From assembly GCA_038227875.1 (NCBI GenBank), contig JBBRPR010000024.1, forward strand, positions 56,559 through 120,558: a DNA stretch of 64,000 nt, read 5' to 3'. The translations under genes and the position numbers were made by a program. Positions 20,075 through 31,332 of the stretch are shown here, in pieces (the stretch's first letter is position 1; every line of letters begins with the position of its first letter). The DNA comes from Planctomycetota bacterium. GTDB taxonomy: Bacteria > Planctomycetota > SZUA-567 > H5-PLA8. The notes beneath the pieces were generated by a model. It did no database searches. It saw only the letters and a program-made list of their open reading frames with translations, and had not been told where the DNA came from.

Positions 20075-21493
20075 ATGAGTCTACGCACGCAGATCTTCGT
20101 CTACGTCGTCGCGGTCATGGCCATTGTCTTCACGCTGGTCACCGCGACGCTGTTGCCGGATCGCGTGCTGGCGCAGAAATTCAACATGGCGTTGGGGCGT
20201 GAGGCGGCTGTTTCGCTGCAATCGACGCTGGAGCAACTCAGCGCCGAACAGCGCGATGCGATGATCCGCCTGCATCCGCAACTGTTCCTCAAGGAAAACA
20301 TTCTTGAAGGCTGGGTGCTGGCGAAAGAGACCGGGGAAGTGCGCGTCTGGTTTTTCCCGCAGGAAATCCGCGACCGCATCAGCGACGATTTTCTAAAAAA
20401 TGCGAATGTCGACTACATCGGCCACTTCACCGCCAAGGATGGTGAAGCGCTGGTGCTCTACGCGCGGATCAACAGCCATCTGCTCGGGCCGTCGGTGGAT
20501 CTCTGGCGCATTTTTCTGGTCATGACAGTGGGGACGATCCTGATGCTGGTCGTGCTCTACTCGCTGCTGCTGCGGTTGATCGTCAAGCCCGTCGAACGGC
20601 TGGCGGCGGTCAGCAACTCACCGGCGGTCGCGCGCGGCTTGATCCTGCAGGTGCCGCACACCGATCGCCGCGATGAAATCGGCGCGCTGGTCCGCGCGTA
20701 CAACAAGATGGCGGGCGAAGTCAACGACCTGCGCCTGAACCTGGAGAAGCGCGTCACCGAAGCGACCAACAAGCTCGAAGCCGCGCAGCAGCAGATCGTC
20801 GTCAGCGAACGGCTCTCAGCCGCCGGGCGCATTGCGGCGGGCGTCGCGCACGAAGTCAACAACCCACTCGGCGGCATGATCAACGCGGCGCGCGCGCTCC
20901 GTGCCCGCGCCGCGCCGGGGCGGGACAGCGAGTACCTCGACCTGATCGTCGAAGGCCTCTCGCGCGTGCAGGCGATCGTGGCCTCGATGCTCCAGTTCTC
21001 GCGGCCGGTGCAGCAGTCCGGATCGGTGGACATCCGCGAAGTGCTCGACGGCGCATTGATGTTCTGCCGCTACCGAGTGACCGACATGAGCGTGACCGTG
21101 GTCAAAAATTACGATGCGCCGGGCACGCCAAGCTTCACTGTCGTCGCCAACCGCACCGAACTCGGCCAGGTCTTCCTGAACCTGATGGTCAACGCGCTCG
21201 ATGCGATGGACGCCAAGGGAAAAGGCGCGGACGCGCACACGCTGACCTTGAACCTCAGCCGCGCGGACAAATCGATCGTCGTGAGCGTCTCCGACACCGG
21301 CATCGGTATGAAGCCTGAAGTAAAAGAGCGCGCGGGCGAATTCTTCTACACGACGAAGGGAGAAGGGAAGGGGACGGGGCTGGGGCTGGCGGTGGTGCAG
21401 CATATTGTGCTGCGACACAGCGGCACGCTGTCGATTGAGTCGACGGAAGGCCAGGGGACGAAGGTGGTGGTGACGCTGCCGGCGGAGTTGTAA
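20075..21493 (+). CDS. Membrane sensor histidine kinase (HAMP-HisKA-HATPase)
   Basis: Two TM segments, HAMP DEIGAL, H-box AHEVNNPL, N-box NLMVNALDA, DTGIG, GTGLGL. Confidence 0.93.
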   Translation: MSLRTQIFVYVVAVMAIVFTLVTATLLPDRVLAQKFNMALGREAAVSLQSTLEQLSAEQRDAMIRLHPQLFLKENILEGWVLAKETGEVRVWFFPQEIRDRISDDFLKNANVDYIGHFTAKDGEALVLYARINSHLLGPSVDLWRIFLVMTVGTILMLVVLYSLLLRLIVKPVERLAAVSNSPAVARGLILQVPHTDRRDEIGALVRAYNKMAGEVNDLRLNLEKRVTEATNKLEAAQQQIVVSERLSAAGRIAAGVAHEVNNPLGGMINAARALRARAAPGRDSEYLDLIVEGLSRVQAIVASMLQFSRPVQQSGSVDIREVLDGALMFCRYRVTDMSVTVVKNYDAPGTPSFTVVANRTELGQVFLNLMVNALDAMDAKGKGADAHTLTLNLSRADKSIVVSVSDTGIGMKPEVKERAGEFFYTTKGEGKGTGLGLAVVQHIVLRHSGTLSIESTEGQGTKVVVTLPAEL

Positions 21494-21540
21494 CGGGTAG
21501 TTTTGAATTGCGCTTTAATCCTTCTCGACAAGGTCCACCT

Positions 21541-21969
21541 ATGTCAACAAACGCATGGGTTTGCTATGAGTGCTCGGTTGGTGGTAAGCCAGCGTCGGTC
21601 CTGATCGATACATCCCTAAGATATAAAAACCCTGTTAGAGAACTTCCCTGGCTATTGTGGCTTGGCATTTGGTGTAATCTGCCGTCGCCAAATTCATGGT
21701 GGCATCCGGATGAAAGTACGCGGTTGGACGGTATCGAGGACGATCTAATCGCAAGCGTTAAGACTCTTAAGCCGGGTTTGGCGGTATATGTTTTGCGCAT
21801 TTGTACGCCGGGTATGAGAGAACTTTACACCTACGTTGATTCTGCAAAAGGCCAGCAGGAAATTCTCGCAGCACTGAAACGTAAGTATGCTAACTATCGG
21901 ATCGAAATTGATAGTACGGAAGACCCTGCCTGGAAGATATACGACACCTATCTCCCGCCGAAGTACTAG
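21541..21969 (+). CDS. DUF695-like protein
   Basis: GKPASVLID...ESTRLDGIEDDL...GMRELYTY...DPAWKIY..YL; visibly lower GC. Confidence 0.55.
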   Translation: MSTNAWVCYECSVGGKPASVLIDTSLRYKNPVRELPWLLWLGIWCNLPSPNSWWHPDESTRLDGIEDDLIASVKTLKPGLAVYVLRICTPGMRELYTYVDSAKGQQEILAALKRKYANYRIEIDSTEDPAWKIYDTYLPPKY

Positions 21970-22053
21970 TAATCGACGAAAATTTATAGTTGGATACGTT
22001 CGCTCTATCACGCCACAAGGTTTGTGCTTGAAATATTACAGCTAAAGAAATGC

Positions 22054-22833
22054 TCAGGTTCCGGTCAAAAGCCGCTCGGCAAACCGTTTCTCCAACTGCG
22101 GAATAGCGAGGATCTTGTTCTTCGTCGTTTCCACGTCGTAGGGGACGCGGCGGTAGCGGATCTTTTCGCCGTCGAAGAGGACGTAACAGGAATCCTTGAT
22201 GCGGTCGCGGGGCTGGCCGACGGCGCCGATGTTGATCAGCGTCTTTTTGTCCTTGGGGAGAACGTAGCTCATGTTCTCCAGCTCGGCGGGCTTGATCCAT
22301 TTGAAATCGTGCGTGGCGACGCCTGGGCGGTGGGAATGCCCGACGAAGCAGAGCCAGTCGAAGCGCTCAAAGATTTCCACGGCCTTCTGGGAGGGGCCAA
22401 AACCGATGTCCTGGAAGTCTTCCTCCAGCACGTATTCCATGATCGGATCGCGCGGCGAGGCGTGAACGTACATCACACCGTCTTCGGTGCGCTGAGCGGG
22501 GAGGTTCTCCAGCCAGCACCAGCGGGCGACGGTGCCGGGCCAACTCCAGAACTTCGGCCGCATCAGGTTGCGTTGCCAGGCGACGGCAGCAGCGGCGGAT
22601 TCGCGGAATCCGACGGCGTGAGTCATGAAGATCGCCGCGTCGTGGTTGCCGCAGAGACTCCAGCGGCAGACGCGGCGGATGATTTTGACACAGGGGACCG
22701 GGTCCGGGCCATAACCCACGACGTCGCCGAGGCACACAATTTCGTCCGCGCCCTGGCTCTTGATGTCCGCCAGGACGGCACGGAGCGCCTCAAGGTTGCC
22801 GTGGATATCGCTGATGATGGCCCGTAAAGCCAT
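22054..22833 (-). CDS. Metallophosphoesterase (calcineurin-like)
   Basis: SDIHGN, GDVVGYG, GNHD, HASP, GHSH, QPRD. Confidence 0.9.
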   Translation of the reverse strand: MALRAIISDIHGNLEALRAVLADIKSQGADEIVCLGDVVGYGPDPVPCVKIIRRVCRWSLCGNHDAAIFMTHAVGFRESAAAAVAWQRNLMRPKFWSWPGTVARWCWLENLPAQRTEDGVMYVHASPRDPIMEYVLEEDFQDIGFGPSQKAVEIFERFDWLCFVGHSHRPGVATHDFKWIKPAELENMSYVLPKDKKTLINIGAVGQPRDRIKDSCYVLFDGEKIRYRRVPYDVETTKNKILAIPQLEKRFAERLLTGT

Positions 22834-22848
22834 TGTCTGGGTTCCGCG

Positions 22849-22992
22849 TTATTGAGCGGCTTTGACGAAGCGGACCTTCCGGCGGCCGCCTTCGCGTACG
22901 ATGACCTTCTTGAAACCCTGTTCCACCTTCCGCTTCGCGCGCTTCTTGCGCTTGATGCGGATTTCCATGCGGCGTTTTCTCTTATCGGCCAA
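22849..22992 (-). CDS. Small highly basic protein (47 aa)
   Basis: AAGGAG RBS then TTG start; MADKRKRRMEIRIKRKKRAKRKVEQGFKK... Confidence 0.6.
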   Translation of the reverse strand: MADKRKRRMEIRIKRKKRAKRKVEQGFKKVIVREGGRRKVRFVKAAQ

Positions 22993-23056
22993 GTTCCACT
23001 CCTTATTTAACTGTGAGCTGAAAAACTCTTTCAGCTTTTTGCTTTTCGAACGCGTT

Positions 23057-23422
23057 TCAACCGCCCAGAGCGTGGGTGATGGCCTTGACGGCCGCTTCCC
23101 GCGCGACGCGCAGACGCGCATCCACTTCCCGCCGGACGATCGCTTCAATCTCGCTCAAGCCCGCCGCGGCAACAGTGCGCGGTCCGGTCTTGCCCTTCTT
23201 CTTACCCTTGCTCTTACCTTTGCTCGCACCCGCGGCCTTTTTCGTTTTGTTGCTCGAACCCTTCGGCCGTCCGCGCTTGCCCTTCTTTTTCTTCGGTTCA
23301 CCTGCATGAAACTCGCCGGCTTCGTCGAGATAACCGTTTTCGAATTCCGGATGAGGCCGTCCGCGCTTGCGCGCTTCCACGTCACCGGACTTCACATTAC
23401 GGCGGACCAGTTTCAAGGCCAC
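23057..23422 (-). CDS. Lys-rich protein with two AT-hook-like motifs (putative nucleoid-associated protein)
   Basis: AGGAGG RBS then GTG start; RKRGRP and KRGRPKGS; Lys/Gly-rich linker; C-terminal amphipathic helix. Confidence 0.65.
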   Translation of the reverse strand: MALKLVRRNVKSGDVEARKRGRPHPEFENGYLDEAGEFHAGEPKKKKGKRGRPKGSSNKTKKAAGASKGKSKGKKKGKTGPRTVAAAGLSEIEAIVRREVDARLRVAREAAVKAITHALGG

Positions 23423-23778
23423 GGTTCCCCTCCTGTGTTTCCCGTTGAAGCCATCCCGAAACGGCAGAAAACATCATTCTGCTGCCGCTCCAAATTAGAT
23501 CAACAGGACAAGGGGTTAGATTATTTCCGAGAGGTGACGATTATTCAACCTTCTTTTCATCTAACAGCCCGTAGAAAAACACAATTCCGCGGCGCTTCTC
23601 CGTAAAACGCCGGGCAGTTACGGCGTTTTGCGGCGTCGGAAAAGGGTATATCAACGGGCTGCGAAGCCGGAGTTCATCAATTCCAGTTGCACCCGCCGGA
23701 GGTGTCTGATAAGACTTGGCCCTTTCCCTGTGGTCCAAATTGAGACCGCATCTGTAGTGAGACGAAAGGATTTGAGTC

Positions 23779-24072
23779 ATGCCGGGTCGTTGCGAATACT
23801 GTGATAAGTCGCCGCAAACAGGTTTCAAGTATGTGACCAGCGGTGTTCCCAAGTACAAGGGTGGAATCGGCGTCAAGATCCGCGGCAAGACGCGCCGCTG
23901 GTTCAAACCCAACCTGCAGCACATGAAGGTCGTGGAAAAGAACGGCCACGTCCACCGCGTGTGGGTCTGCAGCAAGTGCCTGAAGAACGGTGCGGTCACC
24001 AAGGCGCCCAACCAGAAGCAGATGGCTGCGTTGCGTGCTGAAAAGAAGGTCGCCGCCGCCGCTGCCAAATAA
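23779..24072 (+). CDS. rpmB: 50S ribosomal protein L28
   Basis: MPGRCEYC...KGGIG...TRRWFKPNLQ...VCSKCLK. Confidence 0.93.
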   Translation: MPGRCEYCDKSPQTGFKYVTSGVPKYKGGIGVKIRGKTRRWFKPNLQHMKVVEKNGHVHRVWVCSKCLKNGAVTKAPNQKQMAALRAEKKVAAAAAK

Positions 24073-24096
24073 ACGCGGTGCGTCTGAAATGGCCTC

Positions 24097-26163
24097 ATGA
24101 AAAAAGATTCAGTCGATGCCTCGCGGGAAATCCTCCCGCGCCACGGTCCGTCGTCCGTGCCGGCTGACTCCAATCTGATCCCGGCCGAATCCGAGTTCTC
24201 GCATACGCTCTACCATAACGACCTCAGTGCGCTGGCCGCCGGCCCGCTCACGGGGTCGGATTTGCATTTGCCCGTGCTTCATCCCTCCTGGGGAGCCGGC
24301 ACCTTTCGCGTGATCGAACGCGGCATGGGCAAGTACATCGAGACCGTCGGCGGCAGCTCGCAATGCACCGACCGCCTGCTGGTCACCGGCGATACGGCCT
24401 GGCGCGATTACCGCCTGCGCGCCGTGATTACGCCCATCTCATTCGAAGAAGGCAGTCCCGGCGGAAGCCTCTGCGGGATCGTCGCACGCTACAAAAATCC
24501 CCACGATTACATCGCGCTGATTCTCGATGCCGACGGCCAGGTGAAATTGCTGCTGCGCCGCCGCCACGGGTTTGATGTACTCGACGCCCGGCCGCTGGAA
24601 TTCTGCCTCGGCCAGTCGCTTTCGCTGACCTTGCGCGTCCACGGCGGGCGCGTGCACGGCACGGCCGGTCCGTACACGGGCGCGACGCATGTGTACGGCA
24701 ACATTAATCACGGTTCAGTGAGTGGCTGCGGCCGGGTCGGCATGATCGCCGATGTGCCCGCGCGCTTTGGTCCGTTCACGGTCGAATGCACGCCTGCTGA
24801 AGCCGAGCGGATAGCCGAAGAGAAGAAGCAAGCGGCCGCCGCGATCGTGATCAAGCGCAAACGCGTTCCCGGCATGAAGCTGGAACGCACCGTACCGTTG
24901 CAGGGCCTGGTGAGCGGAAAAAATCTGCGCATCGCCGATGTCAACGGCGACGGCAAGCCCGAGATCATTCTCGGCCAGCATTCCGATTCAGTAGCGTCGC
25001 GCTACAGCATGACGCGGCTGACCTGCCTGTCCGTGCTGGATCTGGAGGGCAAGCTGCTCTGGCAATCGGGGATTCCCGATGCGGCCGCGCCGCGCCACAA
25101 GTCTGATCTCCCGTTTCAGATTCACGATCTGTTCGGCGACGGCGGCAACGTGGTCGTCTGCGTACACGGCTACGATGTCCAGATCCGCGACGGGCGCAGC
25201 GGTAAACTGCTCTTCAGCGGTGAGACACCGGAGACGGCGGCCGTCGGATTGGACTTCCGCGAACTGACCTCGAACTTCGGCAAGCCGTGGGGCGATGAGA
25301 CGCTGAACATGGACGTCGCGTCGCTGGCCTTCTGCAACACGCTGGGAAATTCAGGCGCTCGGGAAATCCTGGTGAAGGACGATTTTCACCATCTCGCCGT
25401 GCTCGATCTCGGCTTTCAGCAGCTCTTCAAGCACCGCGGCAATCACGGCCACACGGTCTGGGCCTGCGATCTCGACGGCGACGGCAAGGACGAAATCGCC
25501 GCCGGCTTCTCGCTGCTCGACGACGACGGCAAGCGCCTCTGGTCGCTGCCGCGCGGCGGTTTTCCGGCGTGCGTCGCGATCGCCGATCTGCTCAACCCGA
25601 GCGGTGAAAAGCGCCGCCTGTTTGCTGCCGCCGGCGACGCGGGACTCTACGCCGTCTATGCCACGCCGCAGCGCCCAGCCGGCGATGATCCGGCGCGCAT
25701 CGGCAACAGTCCGGCGTCGCACATCAGTATCGCCAAATTCCGCGCCGATCTTCCCGGCCTGCAACTGGCGACCGTCGGCGAAGGCGGCTTGGTCGCCCTT
25801 TACGACGCGACGCTCAAGCGGCTCTGGTCGAAGGACATCGCGGGAATCGACACGTCCAGCGTGCCGGTCAATTGGGTGGGCGGCAGTGAAGAACTGCTCC
25901 ATTGCGACGGCGCCTTGTTCGACGGTCACGGCGATCGCGTGGGGGAAATTCCCGGCGCGTCGGCGACGCCGTTCACAGACGTGACGCCGGCGTTCGGCAC
26001 CGATGGCCGCGACGCCATCGCGGCATGGAACGAACAGACGCTCTCGATATATGTGCCTGACGACACGCTGGCTGCAGCCGCATATAAACCATCGCGACCG
26101 ACGATCCGTTGTAGCTCGCACCACGCCGCGCGCATCAGTTTGCCGCCGGAATGGACCTCGTAA
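24097..26163 (+). CDS. Lectin-like beta-sandwich plus FG-GAP/PL11-like beta-propeller protein
   Basis: Ca-loop motifs DVNGDGKPEI and DLDGDGKDEI; N-terminal beta-rich domain; no obvious signal peptide. Confidence 0.55.
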   Translation: MKKDSVDASREILPRHGPSSVPADSNLIPAESEFSHTLYHNDLSALAAGPLTGSDLHLPVLHPSWGAGTFRVIERGMGKYIETVGGSSQCTDRLLVTGDTAWRDYRLRAVITPISFEEGSPGGSLCGIVARYKNPHDYIALILDADGQVKLLLRRRHGFDVLDARPLEFCLGQSLSLTLRVHGGRVHGTAGPYTGATHVYGNINHGSVSGCGRVGMIADVPARFGPFTVECTPAEAERIAEEKKQAAAAIVIKRKRVPGMKLERTVPLQGLVSGKNLRIADVNGDGKPEIILGQHSDSVASRYSMTRLTCLSVLDLEGKLLWQSGIPDAAAPRHKSDLPFQIHDLFGDGGNVVVCVHGYDVQIRDGRSGKLLFSGETPETAAVGLDFRELTSNFGKPWGDETLNMDVASLAFCNTLGNSGAREILVKDDFHHLAVLDLGFQQLFKHRGNHGHTVWACDLDGDGKDEIAAGFSLLDDDGKRLWSLPRGGFPACVAIADLLNPSGEKRRLFAAAGDAGLYAVYATPQRPAGDDPARIGNSPASHISIAKFRADLPGLQLATVGEGGLVALYDATLKRLWSKDIAGIDTSSVPVNWVGGSEELLHCDGALFDGHGDRVGEIPGASATPFTDVTPAFGTDGRDAIAAWNEQTLSIYVPDDTLAAAAYKPSRPTIRCSSHHAARISLPPEWTS

Positions 26164-26541
26164 AAAATCACACCGGTGCGTCGTCGCACCCTATGAAAAT
26201 GCGATAAAACCCGCCGCTTGAAATTCCCAGAAGTGACACGCGAACGCTTTCGCGTCGCACGGTTTTTCGTGCGCTAAAAACAATCTGCTTTGGCCCGTGT
26301 TTCGTATCGTGTTTATTCGTCGAAAACAGACTCGCATCGTTTCAGCAAGAGCTTCCCAACCTTCACGAGTGCAACTGCAGATGAGTGACAAAACAGAGTA
26401 CTCCTGCCGTGAATTGGAAGCACCAACTGATACGTCTGTTCGAAAAACGAACGCAACCTTTTTCCGCAGCTCCGCGGAGATGAATAGCGGAGCACTCCGT
26501 TCCGTCCGTGTTGGACCCGCAGTCACAAATATGGAATTTGA

Positions 26542-28863
<2,322 letters not shown>

Positions 28864-28900
28864 GAACGTTCGATGAATTAGGAGTGATGAATACCGACGT

Positions 28901-28934
28901 GCGAAAGTCCTGAGCGTGTGCTCAGGACTTTCGC
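28901..28934. terminator. Hairpin between convergent genes
   Basis: gcgaaagtcctgagc-gtgt-gctcaggactttcgc. Confidence 0.6.
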
Positions 28935-28997
28935 GTTAGTAACACAATTTCGTGTGTCTCTCGCACTCCCAAGAGCTAACAGCCAAGAGCCCCGCCA

Positions 28998-29822
28998 TTA
29001 TCTTCCGATGGCTTGTTCGGCGAAGGCCAGCAGGTTGCGGTAAATCTGATTCGTGTGTTCCCAGCCGTGCAGGGACGCGTCGCGCACCGCGGCCCAACTG
29101 GCCTGCGGATGGCCATCCCAGAGGAATCCGGCCATGGCCATGAAGACCGCGACATTCGCCAGGTAAATCAGGACCAGCGAGAAGAGCCAGCCATCGGGTT
29201 TCAGGTCCGGCTGATCGCGGCGCAGACTCCAGAGCGTAAAGCCGAGGTGGAAAGCGTAGAAGAATCCCAGTACCGCACCGAGAATGTGAAAGTAGCTTCG
29301 CAACGGAAACCACCACGCGTCGACGGCCAGGTACGCGCCCGCGGCGATCAGCACGTAGAACGGCACGCAGTACGGCGCGAGCCGGATGAAGGTGTTTGAT
29401 TTGGTCGTGGTGACCTGGCCACCCGAGGCCGATGCGGAAAGATTCGAGACTTTGCCCAGGCACATCCAGGTCGCGAAGGCGTGGATCAGTTCGTGGCCGA
29501 AAACGTAGAGTACCACGGGCCGCCAGAGCAGAATGGCGAACGCGGCGAAAGCGATGATGCCGCCGCTGAACCATTTCAGCATTGTACCGGGGCCGAAGAC
29601 CGCGAAGTTCACGCGCGTCCACATGGTTGAAAAATGGTCGTGAGCGCCGAGCGTAAACCCGATGCAGGCGGGAATGAGCGCCAGCGCGAGCACAAACTTG
29701 ATCACGCGCAGGATCAGGCTGCTGCTGCCGGCCGACGCGGCGGCGGGTGCTCCGGCGTTCGGACGTTGAGCTGGCGCACCCGCATTGAGCGGACGCATGG
29801 CTGTTTCGGTGGCTGCCCCCAT
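28998..29822 (-). CDS. Membrane metallopeptidase (M50B-like)
   Basis: Multiple TM segments, HELIH motif, LAPY, downstream Q.D. Confidence 0.6.
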   Translation of the reverse strand: MGAATETAMRPLNAGAPAQRPNAGAPAAASAGSSSLILRVIKFVLALALIPACIGFTLGAHDHFSTMWTRVNFAVFGPGTMLKWFSGGIIAFAAFAILLWRPVVLYVFGHELIHAFATWMCLGKVSNLSASASGGQVTTTKSNTFIRLAPYCVPFYVLIAAGAYLAVDAWWFPLRSYFHILGAVLGFFYAFHLGFTLWSLRRDQPDLKPDGWLFSLVLIYLANVAVFMAMAGFLWDGHPQASWAAVRDASLHGWEHTNQIYRNLLAFAEQAIGR

Positions 29823-29933
29823 GTTACGGGTATCGGCTATTTGCCGCTTGCGCTTGAGGCGAACAGAGTATTGTAAGCAATCATTTTGCCGCGTACCGAC
29901 ATCGTTGATAGATGCCTGGAGCTAAATCATCCT

Positions 29934-31133
29934 ATGCGCGTCCTGATCTATTCTGTCTCCGCCGGCGCTGGCCACATTCGAGCCGCTGAAGCCATCGCCA
30001 CCGCCTTCAAACGCTTTCATCCGGATGTCGAAGTCGAGCACGTCGACGTGATGAAGCTGGTCCCCGACGCGTTCAAAAAGGCGTACGCCGATACCTACCT
30101 TAAAGTGGTGAACTCGCTGCCGAACGTCTGGGGCTGGCTCTACGCCAAGGCCGACAAAGTCCCGCCGACGTCGGCGCTGGTCAGCGTCCGCAAGTACGTG
30201 CAGCGGCTGAACACGAGGGACATTCTGGCGCACGCTGCCGAACGCCAGCCCGACGTGATTCTGGCGACGCATTTTCTGCCCGCAGAGATTTTCTCCGACC
30301 TGACCAAGCGCAAGCGTGCCTTCAAAGCCGAATCCGTGCCACCGCCGAAGCTCGCCGTCGTCATCACCGACCACGACGTCCACCAGCTCTGGATTCATCC
30401 CAACGTCGACCGTTACTACACGGCCTCCGACGAGATCACTCATCTTCTCGCCGAACGGACCGAGCCCGGACAGCCGATCCTCACGACCGGAATTCCGTGC
30501 AGCCCGGAATTCGGAGAACTGATCGACCAGCCCGCACGCGAACGGCTGCGCAAGATGATGGGCCTGGCCGATGCGCCGTCCCCGACACTGCTGTTGAACG
30601 CGCACGGTTGCGGCGTCAACGGCGCCGGAGCCGCCAAGTCACTGGGCGGCGTCGTCTCCAGCGTGCTGAAACAGGGCGGCCCCAAGACGGTCCTGGTGAT
30701 CTGCGGCCGCAACGCGAATATTCAAGAAGCGCTCACCGCCGCGATCCAGGTTCCGCCCGGCTGCGTGGTGAAGATGTATGGCTTCGTCAACAACATGCAT
30801 GAGCTGATGGGCATCGCCGATCTCATCACGACCAAGCCCGGTGGACTGACGACCAGCGAATGCCTGGCGCGCTGCCTGCCGATGGTGCTGGTCTCGCCGA
30901 TTCCCGGACAGGAAGAACGGAACGCGGAAATGCTGCTCGAACAGGGCTGCGCGGTCCTCGCGCGCACGCCCTCGGCGCTGGCCTACAAGCTCGGCGCGCT
31001 GCTCAACGATCCTACGCGCCTCAACCGCATGCGCGAAAACTGCCGCCGCACCGGCCACCCCACGGCCGCCGCGGACATCGCCGCGGATGTCGTCCATTTC
31101 TTCAAGAAAAACGGGACTGCGGTGAAGGTGTAA
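29934..31133 (+). CDS. MGDG synthase/UgtP-like GT28 glycosyltransferase
   Basis: SAGAGHIRAA, VITDH, TGIP, ICGRN, KPGGLTTSE, PIPGQEERNA. Confidence 0.88.
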   Translation: MRVLIYSVSAGAGHIRAAEAIATAFKRFHPDVEVEHVDVMKLVPDAFKKAYADTYLKVVNSLPNVWGWLYAKADKVPPTSALVSVRKYVQRLNTRDILAHAAERQPDVILATHFLPAEIFSDLTKRKRAFKAESVPPPKLAVVITDHDVHQLWIHPNVDRYYTASDEITHLLAERTEPGQPILTTGIPCSPEFGELIDQPARERLRKMMGLADAPSPTLLLNAHGCGVNGAGAAKSLGGVVSSVLKQGGPKTVLVICGRNANIQEALTAAIQVPPGCVVKMYGFVNNMHELMGIADLITTKPGGLTTSECLARCLPMVLVSPIPGQEERNAEMLLEQGCAVLARTPSALAYKLGALLNDPTRLNRMRENCRRTGHPTAAADIAADVVHFFKKNGTAVKV

Positions 31134-31141
31134 AACGCGAT

Positions 31142-31300
31142 TGTGTGTCAAGGAGCAAGCGGCCGTATGCTTGCTCCTTGCTCAGCGCTTGTCCTTGCAA
31201 GAAACCATGATGGTTCGATTAACAATTCAAGCCGCTTGCGCGTGAGTGGCGATCGTCTCAGCAAGGAGCAAGCATACAGCCGCTTGCTCCTTGACACACA
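31142..31300. repeat. REP-like inverted doublet with 41-bp, internally palindromic arms
   Basis: 31142-31182 and 31260-31300 are reverse complements with one mismatch. Confidence 0.8.
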
Positions 31301-31332
31301 GACACGCAAACGGGACGCGCGCGATTCGGCGT

